Shown piece by piece: positions 56,758 to 64,000 of a stretch of 64,000 bases of DNA; position 1 is the stretch's first letter; each line of letters begins with the position of its first letter. The notes beneath the pieces were generated by a model, which was given only the letters and a program-made list of their open reading frames with translations, searched no databases and was not told the DNA's origin. The stretch is taken from positions 18,654 to 82,653 of the forward strand of contig JAUNUN010000001.1 of assembly GCA_030538155.1 (NCBI GenBank), read 5' to 3'. A program made the position numbers and the translations under genes. This stretch comes from a bacterium. GTDB taxonomy: Bacteria > Desulfobacterota > Desulfobulbia > Desulfobulbales > Desulfobulbaceae.

Positions 56758-59055
56758 TTAATTGCCCCTGGTCGGGCCGCGCTGCACCCGGCGCAGATGC
56801 GCCGCCGCACTCTCGCGCAGGCTCTGTTCACCGGCCACGGATGTTGTACCGGGCGCACCCGGCGGCAGCGGCTGGGCCAGGGCCTGTTCATACAAGGCGG
56901 CCGCATCCCGGCCTTTGCCCTCGCGCTCAAGCACAAGCCCCATATTGACCAGAGCCGCCACATTGTCCGGATCAGTGGCCAGGGCCTGCTGCAAATACCT
57001 GCGCGCCCCGCTTAGTTGTCGCTGCTGCAATTTGACAAAGCCCATATCCGCCAAAACGGCAGCCTCCTGCGAAGGCTTGGGCTTGTTCAGAAAACGGTCG
57101 GCCACATCGCCGGGCTTTTTGTGCATGGCCTCCACCTCGGCCCGCTTCTCTTCAAACACCCGGCTTAATTCCGCAGGATTTTCCATGATATGCGGGGTGA
57201 TGAAGATAAAGAGGTTGGTCTTTTTCTCCAGATCGCCCTTGGACTTGAAGAGCCAGCCCAGCCCTGGAATATCCCCCAGAAGCGGCACCTTGTATTCACC
57301 GGTGGAAGTATCTTGGCCGATCATGCCGCCGATGACCACGGTCTGCTCATTGCGCACCACAACAGTGGTATCGGCGGTGCGGGTGAAGGTGGTGGGGTTG
57401 CCGTTGTTCAGCTCTTTGAGCTTGATCACCTCCACCCCGATATCCATGCGCACCACATCCGCCTGATTGATCTGCGGGGTAATGGCCAGGGTGGTGGCCA
57501 CATCCTTGTACTCGTAGTTGGTGTAGTCCTGCAGGGCCTCCGAGGTATTCTTACTGACAATATAGGGCACATTCTCACCCACCTTGATGGAGGCCTTTTT
57601 ATTGTCCGTGGTGAGGATCTGCGGGGTGGCGATCACGTTGATGTCTTTGTCGTGCTTGTAGGCATTGAGCACCGCGCCCAGGTTGGGAAAGGTGATTCCG
57701 CCGATCTCGATGCCCTGCTTGAGCACACCCAGGGTAAAGCCGGCGGGCAGGATGGCGGGGTTGGCGTTTACGCCCCGAATAATGTTGTAGGGATTGTCCG
57801 GATTGCCGCTGAAACCCGTATGCAGGGTGCCGTCGCCGCCGTCAAAGGTGCCGGTGCCGCCCCACTGCACGCCGATACTGAAATCCTTGTCCGCCTGCAC
57901 CTCCATTATGAGCGCTTCCAAATAGATCATGCGGCGGGGCACATCGAGTTGCTTGACGATCGCGGCCACTGCTTCAAACTCTTCGCGCGGGCCATTGATG
58001 ACCAGAGAATTGGTTTCCACATCAGCAACGATGTTGATATCGCCGGTCAGAACAGGTCTGCCCAGGGCCTTATCGGCTCCTGCAGCATTCTGAGCCGCTG
58101 CGGCGCTCGCACTATCTTGTCGGGGCAGATCCATCAAGACCTTGACCAGTTCTTCTGCACGGGCATGCTGCAGGGTAAGCACCTGCACCTGCTCGGGTTG
58201 GGCGCTTGCATCCACATCCAGCTTGGCCACCGCCGCCCGGATGCGGCTGATGGTGGCGGGCGGGGCATAGACCACCAGCGAATTGGCGCGGTCATAGGGC
58301 GTCACCTTGATAAGGCCTGGCCGTCGACCGGGCTGGGCCTGGCCATCCTGGGCAAAGAGCTGTTCCACCACCCTGGCCGCACTGGCTGCCGAGGCATGCT
58401 TGAGGGGGATGATGGCCAGTTCTTCTGCGCGTGCAGGCACATCCACCGAACGGATGATTTCGAGCAGACGCTTGATGTTGGACTGGTAGTCGGTGATGGT
58501 GATGGTGCCCGAATCCGCATGGGAGACCATGACGCTGGTTTTGGGCACCAGCGGGGTGAGCATGGCGCGCACCTCGTCTGCGCCTGCATGTTTGAGGCGC
58601 ACAATGCGGGTGATGATCCGGTCTTCAGCGGGCAGCAGTTCGCCATCGCGGTAGGTGGCGATGTTTTTTGAGCGGGCCTGCACCGAGGGCACGATCTTCA
58701 CCACCGAGCCGCTGGGCACGGCGGCATAGCCGTTCACCTCCAAAACCGATTCAAAGATACGGTAGGCCTCAGCACTGGAGACCCCCACCGGCGAGATGAT
58801 GGTTACCCGGCCCTTGACCTCGCGGTCAACCACAAAGTTTTTCCCGGTCAATTCGCTGATATATTTGATGAAGACATTGATATCCACATCGTTGAAATCC
58901 ATGGTCACAGCCTCGCCGCCCGCCTGGACGGAAGCCGCGGGCGAGGCAGCAGGGGAGGTCGCATACGGATCCGGGCCCTGCGCCCACAGGTGACCCACAC
59001 CGGGCTGCCCGGCGAGAAGAACAAGGGTAAGAGCGAAAAATGAAATTCTGCGCAT
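56758..59055 (-). CDS. gspD: Type II secretion secretin GspD with a C-terminal TPR extension
   Basis: Signal peptide MRRISFFALTLVLLAGQP, N0 domain (FNDVDINVFIKYISELTGKNFVV), secretin core (VPLLGDIPGLGWLFK), then a ~100-aa TPR-like tail. Confidence 0.92.
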   Translation of the reverse strand: MRRISFFALTLVLLAGQPGVGHLWAQGPDPYATSPAASPAASVQAGGEAVTMDFNDVDINVFIKYISELTGKNFVVDREVKGRVTIISPVGVSSAEAYRIFESVLEVNGYAAVPSGSVVKIVPSVQARSKNIATYRDGELLPAEDRIITRIVRLKHAGADEVRAMLTPLVPKTSVMVSHADSGTITITDYQSNIKRLLEIIRSVDVPARAEELAIIPLKHASAASAARVVEQLFAQDGQAQPGRRPGLIKVTPYDRANSLVVYAPPATISRIRAAVAKLDVDASAQPEQVQVLTLQHARAEELVKVLMDLPRQDSASAAAAQNAAGADKALGRPVLTGDINIVADVETNSLVINGPREEFEAVAAIVKQLDVPRRMIYLEALIMEVQADKDFSIGVQWGGTGTFDGGDGTLHTGFSGNPDNPYNIIRGVNANPAILPAGFTLGVLKQGIEIGGITFPNLGAVLNAYKHDKDINVIATPQILTTDNKKASIKVGENVPYIVSKNTSEALQDYTNYEYKDVATTLAITPQINQADVVRMDIGVEVIKLKELNNGNPTTFTRTADTTVVVRNEQTVVIGGMIGQDTSTGEYKVPLLGDIPGLGWLFKSKGDLEKKTNLFIFITPHIMENPAELSRVFEEKRAEVEAMHKKPGDVADRFLNKPKPSQEAAVLADMGFVKLQQRQLSGARRYLQQALATDPDNVAALVNMGLVLEREGKGRDAAALYEQALAQPLPPGAPGTTSVAGEQSLRESAAAHLRRVQRGPTRGN

Positions 59056-59110
59056 ATCAGTTATGAAAAAGGAATGAAGGGCATGGGGGGGTATCGGTGC
59101 AATGAGCAAT

Positions 59111-59893
59111 TCAGGGCCCATCCCGGCCGGAAGCGGGGGCATCGGGCTCTTCCCAGGGCACCTCCAGGGGCTGGAGGGCAGCCGCGCCCGTGCGTACCGG
59201 CACGCCTCCGGCGGCCTCGGCCTGATTGGGTTGAGAACTTTGCCCGCTGGTATTGATGCGTCGACCGGGCAGGGCCTGGGGAACAATACGGTTACTGTTG
59301 AACTGTTCTTGTGGAGGGTTAAACAGCGAATTTTCCTCCAGCAGGGCGGCAGCCTCTGTTGAGTCTGGTGCAGAAGGCGCTGCCGAGCCGGCTTCCCGCT
59401 CCTTCAAGAGGAGCAGCTCAGGCCCGGTGCTGGTGGCAAGGGCCACCCGGCCACGTTCGATGCGCACGATCTGCGCGCCGTGCACTGTATCGCCCAGACG
59501 GTAGATCTGCTCGCGCGCATCTGCACCGGCGCGGATAATGGCGCGGGCATCGCTGTCGCTGCCGCTGACCGTGCCCAGCAGTTCCAGCGGGCCGCTATTT
59601 GCGGCCAGTTCACTTAAACGAAAATCCTGAGCAGCCTGCGGCGGCCCGGCCTCCAAGGCCGCATTGAAAATATTGTGGGCCAGAATCTGCTGAATCGCGG
59701 CTTCATGGGTAAAAAGCGTGTTTTCCTGGTCGGAATCCTGCCCATCAAAAGGTCGTGCCGTGCTTTCCGGGCCCAGCACCGCATCCACCTTAGCCTGCAT
59801 CCACTGGTAGCCAAGGTAGACGGCTCCGTAGAGGATGAGGGCCGGCAGAGCCAGCTGCAAAAGCCGCTTCTGTATCGTACTTGTCGTACTCAC
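59111..59893 (-). CDS. gspC: GspC-like (PilP-fold HR domain) T2SS protein
   Basis: N-terminal TM helix and a central LELLGTVSGSDSDARAIIRAGADAREQIYRLGDTVHGAQIVRIERGRVAL block typical of the GspC HR / PilP domain. No PDZ domain seen. The name rests on position and this motif. Confidence 0.6.
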   Translation of the reverse strand: MSTTSTIQKRLLQLALPALILYGAVYLGYQWMQAKVDAVLGPESTARPFDGQDSDQENTLFTHEAAIQQILAHNIFNAALEAGPPQAAQDFRLSELAANSGPLELLGTVSGSDSDARAIIRAGADAREQIYRLGDTVHGAQIVRIERGRVALATSTGPELLLLKEREAGSAAPSAPDSTEAAALLEENSLFNPPQEQFNSNRIVPQALPGRRINTSGQSSQPNQAEAAGGVPVRTGAAALQPLEVPWEEPDAPASGRDGP

Positions 59894-60882
59894 GGCGCGG
59901 CACCTTGCTCCAGCTTGGGAAGGCTGGGAGGAAATTCGGCCGGGGGCAGGGCCGCGCGCTCAAAGGCCAGGGCCGGGTCATGCAGGGTGCCGGAGAGCAT
60001 CACCACCAGCAACCCTTGCGCGGCCTGCAGCCTGAGGGCTTGTAAATCCTGCTGATCGCGCACATGCTGGAAGAGTTCCGGCCGGGCCTGGAGAGTTCCC
60101 TGCACCGAGATCAAACTCTCCGCCATGGGCCGGGCCGGCACAACCTGGCCTGTAAACTCGCCCAGGCCCAAAGGCGAATCCAGCTTACCGTTTTTCAGCA
60201 TCAAATTCCTGCCCTCCTGTGCAACCAGCACGCTCAAGTGGGCAAAGGGAAGCTGCTCATGGCCCAAGACCGGGTTGCGCAGGGGAATAGTACCGTCCGC
60301 AATCCGCAGGCTCGCCTGCAAGTCGGTGAGCATGGCATTCTTTAAGGCAAGGCGGGTGTCGATAGTGCCGGAAAGCCTGCCCTGCACCTGCCGCTCCAGC
60401 ATCTGCGAAAGCGAGCCCAGGGTGGCCAGATTAAGCGTTTCCATGGAGGCGGAAACGGCAAGTTCCTGCTGCTCATTCACTGTCTGCATCGTCCCCTGCC
60501 CTTGGAGAGTGCCGCCTGCCAGTTCGGCAATAAAGGAGCCGCGCCACTGTCGTTCGCGCAGATACAAGAAGAGATCGGGCCGCAGAGTGAGGCTGTCTAT
60601 AAAGAGGACTGCGGCCTTGTCTGTGGCCCCTGTGCTCCGGCCGGAAGGCCGGGCCTCTACCCGCTCCAGCCGCAAGGCCAAAGGCCGGTGGTAGTGGACC
60701 GCGCCAACCTGCCACTGGAATTGGGGCAGAGCGCGGTTCAAGGCCTTTTCCGGCACATCCCGCACAAAATCACGCGGGAAAAGCAGCCAGGCAAAGAAAA
60801 AGAGCAGGGCCGACACCAGGATGCCGCCGGCCAAGGCCATGAAAAGGAAGCGCAGCACTTTTCCCAGGGCTTTCATGGACAT
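59890..60882 (-). CDS. gspN: GspN-like T2SS protein (assignment tentative)
   Basis: N-terminal TM anchor and a periplasmic beta-rich domain. Lies between gspM and gspC, with an ATGA overlap with gspC. The CDS itself is confident; the family name is a guess. Confidence 0.55.
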   Translation of the reverse strand: MSMKALGKVLRFLFMALAGGILVSALLFFFAWLLFPRDFVRDVPEKALNRALPQFQWQVGAVHYHRPLALRLERVEARPSGRSTGATDKAAVLFIDSLTLRPDLFLYLRERQWRGSFIAELAGGTLQGQGTMQTVNEQQELAVSASMETLNLATLGSLSQMLERQVQGRLSGTIDTRLALKNAMLTDLQASLRIADGTIPLRNPVLGHEQLPFAHLSVLVAQEGRNLMLKNGKLDSPLGLGEFTGQVVPARPMAESLISVQGTLQARPELFQHVRDQQDLQALRLQAAQGLLVVMLSGTLHDPALAFERAALPPAEFPPSLPKLEQGAAP

Positions 60883-60949
60883 ACTCCCTGCTGCGCCGAA
60901 AACGCTATATCGTTTGCAATGTCTATGCCGAACATGCCGGAACAGTTCC

Positions 60950-61540
60950 TCATGGCTTCACCCCACCTGGTGCTACCGGTGTTACTGGTGCTACACTGGG
61001 CACTTCATCTGTCATTTCTACAGTGCGCACCCGCAAAGAGGCATTCAAAAACGCGCCCTTCCTGCCTCCGCCCTGAATACTGAGCCGCTCAACGGCAACC
61101 AGATTTTGCGGCGACTCCACTAGGTCAAGAAAATGCACCAACCGGCTCAGGCTCACATTCTGCACCTGCAATTCAACAATGCTGCCGCCTGCGCCTTCGT
61201 CCTCTTCCGGCCCGGCCTGCACCGGCTGCATGGCCTCGATATGACCCTTTACCCGGCTTTGGGCCGCAGCCTGCTCCAGAAAGGAGAAGAGGGTAAAATC
61301 CCTACCCCGCTGCTTAAGCGCCTCGCTCATGGCACTCTGGGAGTGCGCCTGACCGGAGGAGCCGGCCTGACCCTCTGCGATGAGCCGGCGCATCTCGGCA
61401 AGCCGGCCTTCCTGGGTGGCGATGTTCTTCTTCAAGCGCCTGCCCTCTGCCAGCATGGGCAGCAGCAAAAACTGCAGAAAAAGAAAGGCCAAGAGTGCTG
61501 CTACGGCCAAAGTGACCGCTTTTTTTCCCCTGGGCGTCAT
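60950..61540 (-). CDS. gspM: GspM-like (PilO-like) T2SS protein
   Basis: TM anchor, a coiled coil, then a ferredoxin-like periplasmic domain (IVELQVQNVSLSRLVHFLDLVES). 4-nt overlap with the gspL stop. Confidence 0.6.
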   Translation of the reverse strand: MTPRGKKAVTLAVAALLAFLFLQFLLLPMLAEGRRLKKNIATQEGRLAEMRRLIAEGQAGSSGQAHSQSAMSEALKQRGRDFTLFSFLEQAAAQSRVKGHIEAMQPVQAGPEEDEGAGGSIVELQVQNVSLSRLVHFLDLVESPQNLVAVERLSIQGGGRKGAFLNASLRVRTVEMTDEVPSVAPVTPVAPGGVKP

Positions 61541-63120
61541 TGCCTGCCTCCGGCCAGACTGCGCTTGAGGCGCAGTTCAAAACGAATCCGGCTTTCCTGT
61601 CCGCTTCTCTCCGCCGTGGAGGAGAGGATGCGTACCTCGCTGAACAGTGGCGAGGCGGCAAGAAGGTTGCGGATCTGGTCCACATTCTTGAAGCTCGCGG
61701 TTTCACCCCGCAAAAGCACCAGTTCCTGGTCCAGGCTGAAGCGGTTGACACTCAGCGCCACCTCCTCGGGAATGCGGGAGGAGATGTCTGCCAGCAGGCT
61801 GAGCACGCTTTCCCTGTCTGGGCTGAAGAGCAGGAGCGCACCGGCAGCAGTTTCGCTTCTCAGCGCGGCCTGCATCTCCATATAGGGGTCGCGCACTACC
61901 TGCACCTGGGGGAAGGCGCTGCGGTAGACCTGGGTCATTTCCCGGCGCAACTGCTCGTTTTTCAATTTGAGCGAACGCAGCTCAACCGCCGAAAAGACAA
62001 CGAGAGCCACGCAGGCCGCCAGGGCCAGCGCTGCCGTGATCTTGGCATTTTTGCGCTGCCACAGCCGCGAACTTGTTTTGGCAAAGGCACCTGTGCGGAA
62101 GTTAAGGGGCTGTGCACCGCTTTTACTCGCTTGCAGACCCAGCAGGGCGCAGGCCAGGGCGGCGTCAAAAGATGGTGAAAGCCGGCCCAGACCGGCACTG
62201 TCGCTGGGTGCGCGTAAACGCTCCACCGGCATCTGCAGCATCTCTCTCAGCACTGTGTGCAGTACTTCGGCCTCAGCCAAGGGCCCACAGAGGTAGAGAC
62301 GAGAGGGAGCAGCAGGCCTGGCTTCATCCCGTGCTATCCTCCCGGCGCCTTGCTGCCGGCCAAACAGGGCCAGACTTTGCCGAATCGCGGCTGCAAGCGC
62401 CTGGGCTGACTCTCTGGACACCTGCCCCTCGGGCACATCCGGCTGCTCATCTGCAGGTTCAGCATCTCTCGCTAGGGGTAATTGACGGCAGGCCTGCAGC
62501 GTCCCGGCCTGCACCAGCGCAAGCGTGGCGCTGTGCAGATCCGCATGCAGGAGCACAAAGCAGGAACGGCCTAGGGAGGCGCTTGCCTGCTGGGCCAGGG
62601 CCTGGACTGAGGGGCAGATGCTGTCCGGATCAAAAATCCATTCGCGGCCCCGATTTTCAGGCAGGAGGCCCCGCAAAAAGGCCTTATCGAGCGCAAAGGC
62701 CAAGAGCTCTGCGCCGCCGGTGCTACTCGCACCGTTCGTAGCGTTCGCCCCGCTTGCCGTGACCTGATAGACGCTTTTCACCTGTTCGGCAGGCCGCAGC
62801 AGCCGCTCCTCCATCTCAAAGGGTAAGGCCTGGGCCTGCTGTCTGGCCCCTGTAAAGGGCAGGTGCAGGTTGTGCACGCTGAGCACGGAGAGCGGCAGAC
62901 CCAGCACCAGGGAAGTGGAGGGCTGCCGGTTGAGATCGGCGCAGAGGCGGTTGAGGGCACGTGCCGCATCCGCCTGGCCCCCAGCTGAATCAGGAGACTC
63001 AGGCGCAAGCGGCAGGGCCGCGGTAGCGACCACGCTTGTTGCCCGGCCGGAAACCTGCAGGAGTACCGCACTTAGCCCGCTATCACCGAGGGCTATGCCA
63101 AGAGACTGCCTGCCATCCAT
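61537..63120 (-). CDS. gspL: GspL-like T2SS protein (actin-like cytoplasmic domain, TM helix, periplasmic domain)
   Basis: The N-terminus (SLGIALGDSGLSAVLLQV) resembles the PilM/GspL cytoplasmic domain. A central TM helix (ITAALALAACVALVVFSAV) is followed by a PilN/GspL-like periplasmic domain. Confidence 0.65.
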   Translation of the reverse strand: MDGRQSLGIALGDSGLSAVLLQVSGRATSVVATAALPLAPESPDSAGGQADAARALNRLCADLNRQPSTSLVLGLPLSVLSVHNLHLPFTGARQQAQALPFEMEERLLRPAEQVKSVYQVTASGANATNGASSTGGAELLAFALDKAFLRGLLPENRGREWIFDPDSICPSVQALAQQASASLGRSCFVLLHADLHSATLALVQAGTLQACRQLPLARDAEPADEQPDVPEGQVSRESAQALAAAIRQSLALFGRQQGAGRIARDEARPAAPSRLYLCGPLAEAEVLHTVLREMLQMPVERLRAPSDSAGLGRLSPSFDAALACALLGLQASKSGAQPLNFRTGAFAKTSSRLWQRKNAKITAALALAACVALVVFSAVELRSLKLKNEQLRREMTQVYRSAFPQVQVVRDPYMEMQAALRSETAAGALLLFSPDRESVLSLLADISSRIPEEVALSVNRFSLDQELVLLRGETASFKNVDQIRNLLAASPLFSEVRILSSTAERSGQESRIRFELRLKRSLAGGRQ

Positions 63121-63171
63121 ATTGGTTCTTTATCGTGCTGATACATCATACTATTCATTCCTCTATCGTAT

Positions 63172-63294
63172 TCCGGTTCCAGACCAAAAAAATGTATCAA
63201 GGAGGCAAAGAAAATACGACGCAAGTGTACAGAGAGGCACTCCGAGAAGTATTTTCCGATGTCGACACAGGTAGCGTTTTGATATGGAATCGGA
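63172..63294 (-). repeat. Copy C of the ~120-nt imperfect-palindrome intergenic repeat
   Basis: The minus strand begins 14 nt after the gspK TAG and ends 51 nt before the gspL ATG. Stems are TCCGATTCC/GGAACCGGA (one mismatch), TATCAA/TTGATA and GGAAAATAC/GTATTTTCT (terminal G.U). Confidence 0.85.
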
Positions 63295-63308
63295 CTTATT
63301 CAATCCGC

Positions 63309-64000
63309 CTAGTCAATCCGCCACCAGAGCAGGCCCTGTTCGCCCGTATCCCTGCGCTCTATCAGGCCGGTGCCCACACGCTGCATACGGTCGCCCCGCG
63401 CCGCTACCTGCACTGCAAAGTACCGGCTCTTTACGCTGAAAGACGGCAAATCTCCGCGCAGATCCGCAGGCAGGCCCCGCACCTGGTGCAGCCAATCCGG
63501 CGAGGCCAGGGCCGCCCTGTTTTCCCGATTGCTGCGAAAGGCCTGCAGATCCCGGCCGTTTTCTTCGCTCATCTCGGGCAACAGGGCCAGCAGCACCGGC
63601 AGGGGCGCGGTGTTGGGGTTGAGTCTCGCGTCAGTGCCTGCAACCGTGATATAGGGCAGGATGCCCTCGTGCTCGGCATCGCCGTAGAGCAGCGCCCTGG
63701 TCATGCCGCGCACCAAAAGCAGCTCCTCCTCAAAGCGAATGGGCGCGTTCGCCGGGCTGTAGGGTGGATCCTGGGCCTGGTAGTAGCCGTCTTCCGCGCC
63801 CAGGGGCCTCTCGTTCTGATCCCTGTCCACCCAGTCAGCTAGGGCATCGAGGAGCGGATCGATCTCCTCCGGGCTGACGGCAAAGCGGCCTGAGCCGAGA
63901 AAGCGCCGCCACAGACCCCGGTAGCGCTCAAAGACCTTTGCCTCTTGGGGAGAAAGCCCGCTTGTGCCCGCAGCCCCCCTGCCTGTCTGCGCTAGGGCAT
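63309..64000 (-). CDS. gspK: T2SS minor pseudopilin GspK (N-terminus beyond the right edge)
   Basis: My hand translation shows the frame open to nt 64000. ...LLDALADWVDRDQNERPLGAEDGYY... and RLNPNTAPLPVLLAL are GspK hallmarks. Confidence 0.8.
   Translation of the reverse strand, partial: ALAQTGRGAAGTSGLSPQEAKVFERYRGLWRRFLGSGRFAVSPEEIDPLLDALADWVDRDQNERPLGAEDGYYQAQDPPYSPANAPIRFEEELLLVRGMTRALLYGDAEHEGILPYITVAGTDARLNPNTAPLPVLLALLPEMSEENGRDLQAFRSNRENRAALASPDWLHQVRGLPADLRGDLPSFSVKSRYFAVQVAARGDRMQRVGTGLIERRDTGEQGLLWWRID

Noticed and set aside
54990-59286. N-terminal extensions of gspE (to 56963) and gspD (to 59286) in the ORF track. The same applies to kpsF (to 2961), tatC (to 20969) and ftsI (to 43365).
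   Set aside because: The extensions overlap the upstream gene or lack homology. Internal starts give canonical N-termini (a signal peptide for GspD, 1-nt spacing after the gspD stop for gspE) and better SD sequences.

Overview
GC-rich, gene-dense core-chromosome segment with about 54 CDS. I saw no rRNA, tRNA, CRISPR array, transposase, integrase or phage genes. All calls come from reading the supplied ORF translations and the DNA by eye; no search tools were run.

Gene content, left to right:
- A TPR-like membrane protein, kpsF, a YhdH/AcuI-type oxidoreductase and birA.
- The dissimilatory sulfite reductase operon dsrA-dsrB-dsrD. This implies a sulfate/sulfite-reducing Desulfobacterota-type organism (inference only).
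- pgi, rpe, dprA, rpoD, dnaG, a protein with a DAC-like domain, upp, a family-4 UDG, an FmdB zinc ribbon, ftsB, a DUF523 protein, tatC and serS.
- ddl, an MFS exporter, an orphan histidine kinase and a B12-type radical SAM protein.
- A complete minus-strand dcw cluster: mraZ-rsmH-ftsL-ftsI-murE/F-mraY-murD-murG-murC-murB-ftsQ-ftsA-ftsZ.
- A tightly coupled array: recN, a PP-loop ATPase, cca, rlmE, yebC, ruvC, ruvA, ruvB.
- A type II secretion cluster: gspF on the plus strand, and gspE-D-C-N-M-L-K on the minus strand, running off the right edge.

Observations most worth a second look:
1. An atypical cell-wall/divisome module.
   - The FtsI homologue has degenerate SxxK, SxN and KTG motifs but keeps a PASTA-like tail.
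   - There is no ftsW between murD and murG.
   - murE and murF are fused into one ORF.
   - ddl lies outside the cluster and has an in-frame upstream extension with three predicted TM helices.
2. A roughly 120-nt imperfect-palindrome repeat family.
   - Its nested stems are kept by compensatory changes between copies.
   - Three good copies punctuate the T2SS cluster and a fourth sits between dprA and rpe.
3. A T2SS cluster with pilMNOPQ-like gene order, an inverted gspF and a secretin with a fused TPR tail.
4. A 480-aa protein whose DAC (diadenylate cyclase)-like domain keeps DGA but reads RYN in place of RHR.

I did not find a clear-cut novel multi-gene system such as a defence island.
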